Shown: positions 26,267 to 39,216, numbered from the whole stretch's first letter. The stretch is DNA of 63,578 bases, filler included, from Cercozoa sp. M6MM (GCA_040357565.1; 13 parts of 13 records of this genome joined end to end with filler, not necessarily neighbours in it), one strand, 5' to 3'. The notes: generated by a model not told the origin, from the letters alone. Numbers and translations: made by a program.

Positions 26267-26888
26267 ATGAGCGATTTCAACAACGGACTGTGTTCTTGGT
26301 AAATATACTCTGGTTTTCTGCCGTTGTGGAAAGACAGGATCGCGATAAACCCCTGGTTCGGTAGGACCGCGGCTGGCGTGCCGTTTTGTCTGTACGCGTG
26401 CTGCTGCTCGCCATGCGCCAACGCATCTGTTCGCAGTAGCCTTTCTTTGTTTAAATACAAACTTACATGTAGAAGGAGGTGATAATACTGTGACAGTATC
26501 GATACTGTGTGCGAAACTGTACTAAACTGTGACTGAACTGAACACAGATGGGTACGATGAGAGTAACTGGTGTTTCAACTGCATGTGCCTGTCTGCGCCG
26601 ATGGGTCGCAACATCATTCGCGAAGGATACGGTACAATACCTCAGCATCTTTCCCTTTTTTGCTGACCCGAGTTGGATGAGCAGGCGTAAATGGCACCTG
26701 CCTGTCCGACATGCTGATCGGCTGCTGCTGTGCTCCGTGCTCGATCTGCCAGCTCAAGGCCGAGGTCGACGCGCGTGGCCCTGGTACTGAACGCATCACC
26801 ACATGCGTGTCGTGAAACCTTGTGTCACAACAGAACATTGAACTCTATGGTATCGATACGAGTAGTGACCAAGGCCGTTGCGATGTAA
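26267..26888 (+). CDS. PLAC8-family cysteine-rich protein
   Basis: MSDFNNGLCSC..., CLYACCCSPC, RNIIREGY|GVNGTCLSDMLIGCCCAPCSICQLKAEV. Confidence 0.88.
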
Positions 26889-27702
26889 GATCGCTACTGC
26901 AGGGTGCTGCATTTGCCAGTGTACTGAGAGTCAATTCAAGCTACCAAAGCCAAAGTCAAAGCGACAGCGAAACTGAGTGAACGAAAACTGAAACTCGACT
27001 GACGGATCATGAAGTCAGGTTTACGTTAAGTAATATACAGTGTAGTACGGCAAATAGAACCTTCTATGACTGGGCATGCGCTATGCTGTACTGTATTTAC
27101 AGTAGAAACCAACTACGTACCGGGGAGCACCGAAAGGAACGGGAGGGCCTACACCAGACCGATAACCGGAAGAAGCGCCCGAGATCTGCAGCGAGACACG
27201 AAGAACGCCTCGAAATTGAAGAACATGAAGCTGACCGAAGCCACCCACGGCACACGAGAGCTGCCCCTGCAGAGGCTCACCGAGACCTGGAGCACCCAGA
27301 CCCCGACCTCGACCTACCCAGCGACCTCGAGCCAGATCTCTCAGCGCCAAACCGACCGTGCGATCTAGACGAAGTACAACAAATCTCAACCAACGAGTCG
27401 CTAAACCAGCCGGACGAGGACCCTACGGACCAAACCCGCCGGTTAGGCACAACCGTAGAACCCACTACCAAAAATACACACCAAGCGATGATTAGAATAG
27501 GAGAAAAACGGAACAGAGCCTTGGCTGATATACAAGGAGCAGAGAGCGTAAACACTCGCAATAAACGAACAAGGCACGCAGAGAATAACAGAGAAGAGAG
27601 GGNNNNNNNNNNNNNNNNNNNNNNNNNNNNNNNNNNNNNNNNNNNNTTAATTAATTAANNNNNNNNNNNNNNNNNNNNNNNNNNNNNNNNNNNNNNNNNN
27701 NN

Positions 27703-29658
27703 TAAACCCTGTCCATATGTACGGGACTACCTGTGTGTCCATATGTACCGAACGACCTGTGTGTCCATGTGTCCATATGTACAGTCGAATTCCAGCGCGA
27801 CAGCGTGTCGGGCATGGAGCTGATTCGGCGACTCAAACGCTGGAAGGACCACCTCGACTACTACGTCGGTAGCACCCCTCTCTGGTGGGGGTACGGGGGT
27901 GTACTGGGGGAGTAAGGGGGGGGGCAAACAGGGGGGTAAAGAGGGGGGTAAAGAGGGGGTAAACGCAGGCAACCGCGTCAAGAGCGCGCGCTCGCTGGTG
28001 CGCTGGCTGCCCTCGTTGGCCGGCACGCGACCCTTCCAGGAGGTTTGTTGTTTCTGTTGTTGTTTCTGTTGTCGGCATCCGCGCGGACGTGTGTGTGTGT
28101 GACTGGGCAGGCGCAGATCCCGCTGCCGGGTCAGTACCTGCGGCAGTGCAGTCAGGGCGTGCGACCGACGCCGGAGGCGCACGTGCGCATGGTGATCCGC
28201 ACTTTACCCCCCCCCCCCCCCTCCACCCCTAACCCCCCTCCCCCCGTGACAGGAGTGCTTCCTGCCGATGATTGGACTGCGCACGAATCTGCGCGGTGCC
28301 AGGTACAGTGCTCTGTCTGTGTCTGTACCTGTGTGTGTCCATACGGACTGTCCACACACGGACGGACTGTCCATCTGGACTGTCCATATGGACTGTCCGT
28401 ATCGTGTGTCTGTCTGTACGAGTGTGCCTGCACAGTGGCAGCAGCACGGCCGCGCGGGTGCTCGGCGTTCTCGGCGACGACGGCCGCCGCCGCCGCTACG
28501 TGCTGCAGCGCGCCTTCCGTAGTTTTACCCCCCCCCCCCCCCACCCCCTTTCCCCCCCCCCCACCCCTGCACAGGCGAAGGCGAGACGGAATCCGTGGCG
28601 ATCCGAACGGCCGTGCGACACGAGTGAGTTTTCGCATCTGTTGTTGCTGTGTGTGTGTGTGTGTGTGTGTGTGTGNNNNNNNNNNTAAACCCTGTCCATA
28701 TGTACGGGACTACCTGTGTGTCCATATGTACCGAACGACCTGTGTGTCCATGTGTCCATATGTACAGTCGAATTCCAGCGCGACAGCGTGTCGGGCATGG
28801 AGCTGATTCGGCGACTCAAACGCTGGAAGGACCACCTCGACTACTACGTCGGTAGCACCCCTCTCTGGTGGGGGTACGGGGGTGTACTGGGGGAGTAAGG
28901 GGGGGGGCAAACAGGGGGGTAAAGAGGGGGGTAAAGAGGGGGTAAACGCAGGCAACCGCGTCAAGAGCGCGCGCTCGCTGGTGCGCTGGCTGCCCTCGTT
29001 GGCCGGCACGCGACCCTTCCAGGAGGTTTGTTGTTTCTGTTGTTGTTTCTGTTGTCGGCATCCGCGCGGACGTGTGTGTGTGTGACTGGGCAGGCGCAGA
29101 TCCCGCTGCCGGGTCAGTACCTGCGGCAGTGCAGTCAGGGCGTGCGACCGACGCCGGAGGCGCACGTGCGCATGGTGATCCGCACTTTACCCCCCCCCCC
29201 CCCCTCCACCCCTAACCCCCCTCCCCCCGTGACAGGAGTGCTTCCTGCCGATGATTGGACTGCGCACGAATCTGCGCGGTGCCAGGTACAGTGCTCTGTC
29301 TGTGTCTGTACCTGTGTGTGTCCATACGGACTGTCCACACACGGACGGACTGTCCATCTGGACTGTCCATATGGACTGTCCGTATCGTGTGTCTGTCTGT
29401 ACGAGTGTGCCTGCACAGTGGCAGCAGCACGGCCGCGCGGGTGCTCGGCGTTCTCGGCGACGACGGCCGCCGCCGCCGCTACGTGCTGCAGCGCGCCTTC
29501 CGTAGTTTTACCCCCCCCCCCCCCCACCCCCTTTCCCCCCCCCCCACCCCTGCACAGGCGAAGGCGAGACGGAATCCGTGGCGATCCGAACGGCCGTGCG
29601 ACACGAGTGAGTTTTCGCATCTGTTGTTGCTGTGTGTGTGTGTGTGTGTGTGTGTGTG
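27703..29658. repeat. Identical 973-bp tandem duplication (27703-28675 and 28686-29658) across a 10-N gap
   Basis: Both copies read identically and the ORF track repeats with an offset of 983. Probably a scaffolding artefact. Confidence 0.93.
27785..28622 (+). CDS. TRRAP: TRRAP/Tra1 (pseudo-PIKK) internal fragment
   Basis: ELIRRLKRWKDHLD...|QIPLPGQYL...PEAHVRM|ECFLP...|ARVLGVLGDDGRRRRYVLQ matches the Tra1 region KLRKWRDxL...EIPGQY...HVRIxRFLP...RRLTIRGHDG. Second identical copy at 28768-29605. Confidence 0.72.
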
Positions 29659-29792
29659 NNNNNNNNNNNNNNNNNNNNNNNNNNNNNNNNNNNNNNNNNN
29701 NNTTAATTAATTAANNNNNNNNNNNNNNNNNNNNNNNNNNNNNNNNNNNNNNNNNNNNTGTGTTTTTGTGTTTTGACTCGACACGATGCATA

Positions 29793-31054
29793 GGCAACAT
29801 GGGCGGCCACATGGCCCACAACCTACTCAAGGCGGGGTTCCAGGTCACTGCCTTCGACGTAACACTTTTCTGTAGCAGGTTGTGCGACTTGGTTTGTGCA
29901 AACTGAGCTTGTCGATGAAAAACGCAGCTGAGCGATCCGGCGCTGCGTTTGGCCGAAGAGCGTGGCGCCAGCATCGCCAGCTCGCCTAAGGAGGTGCGCA
30001 TGCTGCTAATTCGACGTGTGGGCTGAGTTTTGCTGTGCAGGCAGCTTCCAAGGCTGACGTTGTGGTCACGATGTTGCCGTCTTCGCCGCACGTCAAGTCG
30101 GTCTACGGTGCGTTTCTCCTGTTTGTCACTTGTGAAGGTGTGGCATGACGGAAGTTGGACTGGCAGGCGACAGCGAGGGCGTGCTGGCGGGCGCCAAGTC
30201 GAACGCGCTGCTGATCGACTCGTCGACGATCGATCCGGCCACGGCGCAGGCGGTGGCCAAGGAGGCCACGTCGATTGGGTGCCGCATGATCGATGCGCCT
30301 GTGTCGGGAGGCGTCACTGGCGCCGAGCAGGGCACGCTGACCTTCATGTGCGGCGGCAGCGAGGCGGACTTTGCCGCGGCCGAGCCGGTGCTGTCGCCGA
30401 TGGGCAAGAACATTGTGCTGTGCGGCGCGTCCGGCATGGGTCAGACCGCCAAGATCTGCAACAACCTGATCCTGGCCATCTCCATGTTCGGCGTCAGCGA
30501 GGCCTTCAACCTGGCCACGCATCTCGGCATGGACGCCAAGGCGCTGCAGCAGATCGTGTCCACCAGCAGCGGCTACTGCTGGTCCAACAACGTGTACAAC
30601 CCGGTGCCTGGCGTCATCGAGGGCATCCCGCCCTCCAACGGTGCATTGCTCTACTTGCTTTACTAGCCATAGACTTAGGCACACTGGTGTGTGCGCACAG
30701 ACTACAAGGGCGGCTTTGGTGCCGACCTCATGAAGAAGGACATTGGCCTCGCGCTGGATGCTGCGCAGCACTCAGACAGCGCCATGTTCCTCGCGCCTGC
30801 CGTGTAGGCCTCTCTCCCTCTCCCTCTCTCTCCCTCTCTCTCCTAACGGGCTTTGTATGTGCACTGTGTCTCTCTTCCCTTGTAGGCACGCTGTGTACGA
30901 GCGCATGTCGCAAGAGGGTCTGGGCCACCGCGACTTTGCCTCGGTCTACGAGTTCCTGCAGCAGCGCCTGCACATGCCGCCGCAGCAGCTCGCGCAGCTC
31001 CACGAATCCACGCGCGTGCAGGTGCTCTCCCACGATGACGACAAGACCGAGTAG
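29793..31054 (+). CDS. HIBADH: 3-hydroxyisobutyrate dehydrogenase, 5'-truncated
   Basis: GNMGGHMAHNLLKAG, VVTMLPSSPHV, LIDSSTIDP, DAPVSGGVTGAEQGTLTFMCGG, AKICNNLIL, SSGYCWSNNVYNPVPG, YKGGFGADLMKKD, HRDFASVYEFL. Confidence 0.96.
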
Positions 31055-31221
31055 GTCTGCAGTGTACGCGCGGCATCCCCGTCCGACCTGTGCTCAATCG
31101 CGATTGTAACGATACTACCTTACCGTACGGTTTCGTTGAACGCGATGGATCCTCGCGTTAAGAAACCAAACGCGACGGATTAGTCGACGGCGAGCACGAG
31201 TTGCAATGTATACATAGACGA

Positions 31222-32841
31222 TCACTCAGGCCGAAGCGACTCTGACTCACGCACAGACTCGGAGCCAGCAACAAAGCGCGCCGACACCGGCAGCAGCGGA
31301 TCTTCGGAGTCGTCGGCACTCTTGGCGCGCACCGTGTACTGCGTGTTGGTCACGTCGCATTTTTCGTCTGCGGCAAACAACGGGAAATATTTATCTTGGT
31401 GAAAGCTTGCAACGTGTACCCTGCGTGCGTGTAGCGTGCAGCGCGACAGCGCCGGTGAAAACAACGTCACCAGGGTTAAGCGAGTGACCTTGCGCCACCT
31501 GCACTAAAGCGGCTCTATTTCGGTATTCTTCCGAAAACCAAACTGACCAAACAAGCCGCCAAAAACTGCAACGACAACCACGGGCTGCCCAGCGCCTCAG
31601 TCGAGTGTCCAGAATCTACAAAGCCCATATTAACTCATACAACCGTTAAAGACGTTTCAATTTACCAATAACTTCTTCGCTTTGTTGACCTTCCTGCTGA
31701 CAAAAAACTGAAACTCCAAAGGAACCAAAAGAAAAAGCAAAACCTTCTGGCGCGAAAGTTGGAGAGTCAAATGCTCCAATTGCATTGGGCACAAATCATG
31801 ACGGCCAAACTTGCCTCGCTTGAGGTATCTACAACACTTTCGATAGCCAAAACCCGAAGGACAAAGACAACTGTACCTCCAAGGACCGCGAACTGCAGTG
31901 GCACCGCCAACGCCGTCAGCGACCATTCCGACCACCGAGTCCTGCACTCTCTGTACAAAGTACACCTTTCCAACACTACAAGCAGTCAACAGATGTAACT
32001 ATACTTGATCTGGCATCTCAAGTGACAAGGCAGCAGCGTCGACATAGGGACGCAAGTCAACGTCTAAGCATATTTTTACAAATTGCATGTACAAGTTGGA
32101 GATTGCAAAATGTACCAAACGGTGCAATCGGCGACTTAAACCGTTCGAGTACTTCTTCCAACGTGCCAACGTCGTTCATCACTTCTCTATTTTGTCCAAA
32201 TAAAGAATCAGCATCAAGATGAGCAAGAAACTATACTTATCAATCTTTCGAGCGATTCGCAGCGCAATTTCGGCCTCAACTACGAAGCGCTTCCGGTGGC
32301 TGATGAAATGCTCGTCCAAACTAATCTCAGGAGGCGTAGCGATCATGCAAGATTCGGTCGAAGGTGACAACGGCGACAACACGCGATCGCGCAACAAGCG
32401 CGGCATCCACATGGCACCATACGCAGGCGTCTCAATGCCGAGTCGCTTCTGCGCCGCCTCATTCGTGAAAGCAACTAGAAACACCACTGACTCCATACAA
32501 AACAATGCTGGTGACACCACACCTTTGTAGCCGACATGTAGAAGCGCATTAGACGCGTTGTACTCGGCTCCACCCAGTGCGTACAACCTGATGCGACAAT
32601 CAAAATACACAAACAACACTCCACAACGAATGCTACCACTCATTCGCATCATGCTGAACCCTCAAAGCGTTCGCAATGTCGCCACTAGCCAGTTGCTTAA
32701 AAGCATCGCCTTGGATGACTCTCTTGTCCACTGGGGCACCGAATACGTTTCAGTCACAACAAAAACAAAAATAACACAAAATAATGCACCTCTCGAAAGC
32801 GCGACGACTGAACTTAGGCCTTTCGTAACTTTGTCTAACAT
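31222..32841 (-). CDS. 2-keto-4-pentenoate hydratase-like (MhpD/HpcG, FAH superfamily) enzyme
   Basis: Spliced motifs VGYK|VAFTNEAAQKRLGIETPAYG, VVEAEIALRIAR, SLEMPD, GMVADG...RGPW, ALGSPWLSLQFLA, GHSLNPGDVVFTGA. Confidence 0.82.
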
Positions 32842-32969
32842 TTCGAAACTGCGTACACGCGTACTCACACAATAATGGTTCAATTATTCAGCCCAGAAGA
32901 AACGCTGGATGCGAATCTTATCTTTTGGTTTTTTAATCGCAAGGTCGTAGATTTCTCTCCGCAACGACA

Positions 32970-35029
32970 ATGAACGCCGAACAGTTAGCACACGCTCTTG
33001 CTGTTCGTAAGCAGCGAGAGAGCTGGAAAGCCGCAGTTGCGCAAAGTCGGCAGGAAGCGTCACTTTTTGAAATCGCAAAGCAGAATATCAGAAGAGCAAA
33101 GCTCGAACAAGAGCAACAGCAGCTCAAACGCGACCGCCTTCGCGAAGCTTTTATTGAAGTTGTTGAGGAATCACCTTTCGAAAATGACGAATTTGAATCT
33201 ACCAGAAACGACCAAGGTTCAGTTCAAACCATCGGTGACGATCTCACCTTAAGCGCAGCAGAACTCCAGCACTTCTACAGTCAAGACAGCGCTGCGAGTT
33301 TATTCGACTTCGGGGCCAACTCGGATGAAAGGCATGGTGGTAAGCCTACAGAGCCTAAAACTTCCGATGTGAAAGCAGCAACCGCTCGAGCGAGAAAGAG
33401 GCGTCGTTCGAGCAAACTCAGAAGCTTTCGCGAGAGAGACCGTGCTTTCGTGAAGGCTCGAATTGAACAAGTCCAGCGCGTTCGTTTAAAACGATCAGGT
33501 AAATTTGCATTCACTTCTCCGCAACGAGTTCTAATTTCGTGCTCTTTCAATGGACCAACCGAAATCGCATGTACATATCTAAGCTCGAAACACGCTTGGC
33601 GAAGTGACACACACGGATAGTGAAAACACCGTTACTCAACAAGCAGCAATAAATGAAGAGAAGCAACGGGAAAAGGAAAAGCGAGAACGATTTCGTGCAT
33701 TAATCATCGAACAAAATCGAAGATTGCGCGAGCAGAAAGCGCGCTGGCTCGCCGAAAAACAGTTAGAACAGGAAGAAATCCGCGCACTACTTCGTGAACG
33801 AAAGTGTAAATTGATTACCTTCCACGTGCCGTGACTTCGTACATACGTGTGGTTTTAGCAGCGGCGAAACCAAACACCAACCTGAGCGATCAGCGACAAC
33901 AAGATCGACTCCGCCGTCAAGAAATCGGACGCGAGAGACAGGAGTTGCGACGACAGGCGTTCTTGCAGTCAAAGGTTGAGCGAGAAACACGAAGAGCCAA
34001 AGCGCGCGAGCTTCACGAAGAGGCGAGGAAGGACGCCTGTGCGCGTGCAATGCTGATTCGAGAAGCTCGTCGTGCCTCTTTACAGCGGAGACGTAACGGA
34101 TCTTATCTCTAACATAGAATTTCTACTTCGAGGCCTTTAGCAGGAGAGCGAGAAGACAAGCTCAAGCAAGAGACCGCAGAAGCAGCAAGAAGAAAAGAGC
34201 TCCTGCTGGAGGAAATCGAGGCAAAAAAACGGAGCCAAATAATGCGAATGCTCGCTCAACGATTGGACGAGCAAAGGCGTCAAGAGAAACTCCGCAAAAA
34301 AGCGCGACTTGCGCATGCGCTCCATGTGCTAAAAGAAGCTCAGCACCAGACTCTTCGAGAAGAAAAGGTTCGGCAGGTTGAAGAAGAAGTGGCAGAAAGG
34401 CGAAGAAAAGCACGCCAAGTCGAAGAAGAGAAACGCATGCGCGAGCGGCGAAAGCTTCTCAAGCAACAAAAACGTAATCGACGAAAGTCCGCAAAAATCT
34501 CCGAAGAACAACGAAAGGCCGAACATGTGCTGCTGTATGGCTCCGACACTGACTGTACCCGTGACACGCGATCGGATGATATCTCGAGTCGGGCGATCGA
34601 AGCTCAGCCTAAAAGTCGTCCCGAGAAAACACATCAAAGGCCCGAACCCCAACGTGTCAGTGTTAACGTTCGCGTCGACGTACCCGCGACGACACAAACC
34701 AAGCACACGGAGGTTCGGTGTTCCTCCGCGCCTCAAACATCGTCGCAGATGACTTCGGGTAAGACCAAGACGGCGAGTTTGAGTGCGTGGCAGATGCGAC
34801 AAACCGAGAGGTAGTCATTTTAGATTCTTTATGTGTTTTCTATTCGTTTGATACTTCCTTGCCGTGTCCAGGTTCGGATTTCGCTCGACGCGTGGCTCGG
34901 CCGTTTCACTGCGCACTGTATCTTTCGGTGGGGAGTGAACCGCCCAAACCAAGTGTTTTTTCGAGAGTATCCGTAAACAAGTTCAGCGATCTGATCACTA
35001 GCACGGGGATCGCTTTTGACCACAAATAA
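32970..35029 (+). CDS. Long charged coiled-coil hypothetical protein
   Basis: E/R/K/Q-rich exons (32970-33500, 33617-33803, 33860-34094, 34144-34810). End approximate. Confidence 0.65.
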
Positions 35030-35236
35030 AGATACTTGAGAGCAGAAATTGTTGGAATTCTTCACAAAATTACTCAACTCACTTGAAGAACCTACAGTAT
35101 TCAGGCTCGTGCAGCTGCTCAGCGCAGTGTGTGTACTCGCATAGGTCGGTCTGAGCCCGTAAACGGGCTGATTTTGCTTGTTTGAACAGACCACCGTCTC
35201 TGTGGTCAGCGAAGTGGGTGACTTCCGCGCCTAACC

Positions 35237-38203
35237 ATGCATCGCCGACTGATTACCCACGTGGCCGTGTACGTTCTGAGCGGTAGTGTATGTGGCGCTT
35301 TAAAGGGGTGGGAGTGCAGAGTGGGCGCTGACTTGGACACGTTACCGAGCGATGTCAATTCGCGCACGCTGCCCGACACCATTCCAGCCAAGGTCAGCTT
35401 CTTGTTTGGAGATGTGGTCTCAAGCTTTAGTTTATTTGTTAGCATTTAGCATATGTCTGTCATAAGTAGGTTTTGGATTGTTTTCCGCGAAGAGAAAACG
35501 ACATTCAGCTCAGTTCGCGAGTGCGCACGCCACCTTTTTTGGTTCGTTCATTCTTGATCTTCTGTAGTTTTTTTTTGTTGGAAAAACACGTTTGCAGCCG
35601 GAATTCGCCGAGTTGCCGCCGCAGTTGCACAGTTTCGTCTTTCCTGGCGGGTGCTTTTAGTCTTCCTGCTTGTTTTCGGTGTTACACCAAGGAAGAAAAA
35701 CGTTTTACACGCAGAGTGAAAGTGCGTCGCTGCCGTCCCGTAAAGGGCCGGCCGCGTTTCGAGAAATTTGACGTTGCACCTCGTTTCGGCTCGTTCGCTT
35801 TGAGTAGGATTGCTGCTTTACTTGAAAGCTGTGCTGTGCAAAGTTTGGTATGCTTGCTGCAGCGGATGAGACAGGCACGTGTCACTACGCGTGCTACCTC
35901 TGTTGGCACGTGCCAGCGCACGTGGCGATCTTTCTGTCCGCCGCTTTCGTCGTTGTGTCGCGCTATCCGTTTTATGGTGCGACATTTCGCTTTGACTAAC
36001 TTTGCTTTGAACAAACCTCAGCTGATCTGCTTTTTCGCAGATGAGATGAAAACCGTGCTGCGACAGCTTTATCGCGCTTTTCGAGCTCAGGCGTTCACTC
36101 AGGTACCCCAACCCTTGGGTTGGCATTGATTTCCTCTAAGACACTTTGAAACGTGCAGCCTCCGCTGGAACAATTGATTCAACATGTTGTGACGAGAATC
36201 CTCGTCCCTCCGCGCGGAAGGTGGGAAATACAGAACAACTGCTGTTTTTGAGCAGATTAACTTTGTTCTTTGCTCAGGAGGGTACACCGCGTAGCACTCG
36301 GCGATTCTGCTGTGGTTTTGGCTCGTGCTGGTACATTTGCTATCTTGTTGCAGCTTTGCACAGGTATGTTATGGCCGGCAACAGGTAAAAATGAAGTGCC
36401 GTTGCTGCACACAACGGACGCTTTGCGAGAAATCTACGCGCTACCACGACGAATTGGCGTCGGCAACTTTGTTCGTTTGTTTGAGGTAGCTTTGTGTTAA
36501 CTCTGCTTTTTGTATTTTTTCTGTATCCCCGCGGATCGTGTCCTCCAAGGCTCTGGTGGCGGAAAGGCCGATTTTGTTGGTGTCGGCGTCGTCTTGCGAG
36601 CTTGCAGAGGTGCATTTGGTCTGTGGTACCATGTGGTACCATGTGGAACTGTTGTGACTCTTTTTGGTTGGCAGTCGACCGAGCTGTTGAAACACACGTT
36701 GTTTCCGTTGCGTTTCGCGGGAGTTTGTGTCCCAGTGCTGCCGGCGGCGCTGCTGAGTGTGCTGTACGCGCCGGTTCCACTAATTGCTGGCGTGTCGCCT
36801 GAGGGTATAGTTTCGCGGTGCTTTGGTTCCTTACTCCCCTTTACCCTTCTCCCCATATCTGTATAGTGGTCCGAGAACACGGAGATGAGATTCCCTGGGA
36901 CGACATTGTTGTGGCCGATGTGAGTTTTACCCATCTTCCCACCCGACCTCCCTTTACCCCCCTTGTATAGATGGCGGGTTGTCGAGTGTCGGTTGGTCGC
37001 AATTTGCAGGTGAGGGTTGCTTTACTCCCCCACACCCCTCTTTACCCCCTCCCCCCGCAGGAAGAGTTACCGCGACTGCCGGAGAAAATGCGGCGAAAAC
37101 TAACGAAGAAACTGCAAGCCTTTATGTCGCAGTTGCCTGTACTATTACCCCTCCTTCCCTTTACCCCCCTACCCTTCCCCTCTCCCGGCAGTACGTCGAG
37201 ACTAGCGATCTGGCCTTTGAAGAGACGAGTACGATGACGCCACTGACTGCACGTAGTTGCTACAATGACAGGAACGGTGGCTACACCGATACGGACGGTG
37301 GCTACAGTGATGTGCTGCTGCAGGTGGCTGAACGGCAGAGTCGGCAGAGGTTTTACCCCCCCCCCCCCGTTTTACCACCCAGTTTACCACCCAGTTTACC
37401 CCCCCCCCCCNNNNNNNNNNNNNNNNNNNNNNNNNNNNNNNNNNNNNNNNNNNNNNNNNNNNNNNNNNNNNNNNNNNNNNNNNNNNNNNNNNNNNNNNNN
37501 NNNNNNNNNNCCCCCCCCCCAGTGGCCTGAACGCGGCCTTTGCCAAAGTGTGGCGCTGCGTGCTGTCGTCGCTTGCACTTTTGCGCGACTCGCAGACGGA
37601 CGAGTTTGTTCGCACCGTCACTCGGCGTTTACAAAAGGTACCACTGTACATGGGGGACAGGTAAAAAGGAGGTAAAAGAGGAATTCTGCAGGGTCGACAC
37701 GTGCGACGCGTGAGCGAAACGACGCGCGAATTCGACGACATTGACGATTCCACCACTGTCTACCTGGATGAGTAGTGTTACCCCCTCTTTTGCCCCTTCT
37801 TATACCCCTTTATTCCTCTTTACCTTCCCCTCTTTACCTTCCCCTCTCTTACTCCCTACCTCATCGTGACTGCCAGTGGAAATGCTATCGCTCTCAGTGC
37901 CGTGTTGCATCTCACTGAAAAAGTCAACAAAACAAGGGTTGAAGAGGGTAAAGGGGGTAAAGAGGGGTAGGGGTAAAGAGGGGAAGGTAAAGAGGGGTAG
38001 GGGTAAAGAGGGGAAGGTAAAAAGGAGGTAAAAGAGGAATTCTGCAGGGTCGACACGTGCGACGCGTGAGCGAAACGACGCGCGAATTCGACGACATTGA
38101 CGATTCCACCACTGTCTACCTGGATGAGTAGTGTTACCCCCTCTTTTGCCCCTTCTTATACCCCTTTATTCCTCTTTACCTTCCCCTCTTTACCTTCCCC
38201 TCT
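35237..38203 (+). CDS. DENN-domain Rab GEF, 3'-truncated
   Basis: LHSFVFPG, FVVVSRYPFY, LVAERPILLVS, LFPLRFAGVCVPVLPAALLSVLYAPVPLIAGV, IVVAD, ELPRLPEK. Confidence 0.9.
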
Positions 38204-38303
38204 NNNNNNNNNNNNNNNNNNNNNNNNNNNNNNNNNNNNNNNNNNNNTTAATTAATTAANNNNNNNNNNNNNNNNNNNNNNNNNNNNNNNNNNNNNNNNN
38301 NNN

Positions 38304-38349
<46 letters not shown>

Positions 38350-38353
<4 letters not shown>

Positions 38354-38890
38354 CACCAGCAGCCTCTTTGACAGTCGCGAGCATGGCTTTCACACGATCG
38401 ATGCGTGTCTTGGTGCCAAAGCAGCGGCCACCACAACCCTTTCAAGACATCCCTGTGATACCACCACTCCCATCAAAGCGCAACAGAAAAAAAATTACCA
38501 TCACAATCGTGTGGATGATCGTGTTCTGCTCATTGTCGCTCAACGCCAGCGCCTTCGCCTTGTCTGTCGCAATCGCGAGCTGCACACAAGTCATCACATT
38601 GACTCTCGACCACAGGAGACAAATTCGACGACAAGCTTCACCTCAAGAGCGTACAGTGACTTAGCCTCGCCAACGAGAATGCTTAGCAATGTGCGGTTCT
38701 CCTCTTCGTCGACGATTTCAAACAGAAGCTCAGGCTTGGCCTCCAGAGCCTCGACAACCTGCGCGAAATGTACATTGGTGGCAGATTGATGGAGCACACT
38801 GGCCAGACTGCAGCGAGCACACCTCGTCGAAGTCTCCACGGAAGGCAGTAAAGCCTAAAAGTGGGCATAAGAGGGCCGCGACAGGACATG
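38350..38890 (-). CDS. Hypothetical protein, possibly ankyrin-repeat, 3'-truncated
   Basis: LLFEIVDEEENRTLLSIL and LALSDNEQNTIIHTI resemble ankyrin DxxGxTxLH turns. Confidence 0.35.
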
Positions 38891-39216
38891 GCAGCACAAC
38901 AGAACACCAATCTCATCCGCCGTCATTTGAGGCGCAGAATCGGAGTCGGACATTCTATATCGTTAATTTCGTGCTAAAGTTCGCAGTGCGAGGTGCCCTA
39001 GGTTGCACAGGAAGTGCGTGTCAGACTCCCAAGCCTCCCGTTTCGCGACCAAAGTTGACCAAAGACATTGATCGCCAGGATTTGACTCAAGTGCAAAATG
39101 TCGGGCAGTTCTCGTCATTTCTCGGAACGCGCGCGGCCATGATCTTTAGCCAACTCAAATAATAGTCACACCCTGCTAGAAGTCTAGTACTGTAAAGCAC
39201 AGCGCGTTTATTCTAA

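Noticed and set aside
27703-29658. Tandem duplication of TRRAP exons as a real event
   Set aside because: The copies are identical, including introns and microsatellite ends, and are joined by a 10-N gap, typical of self-scaffolding.
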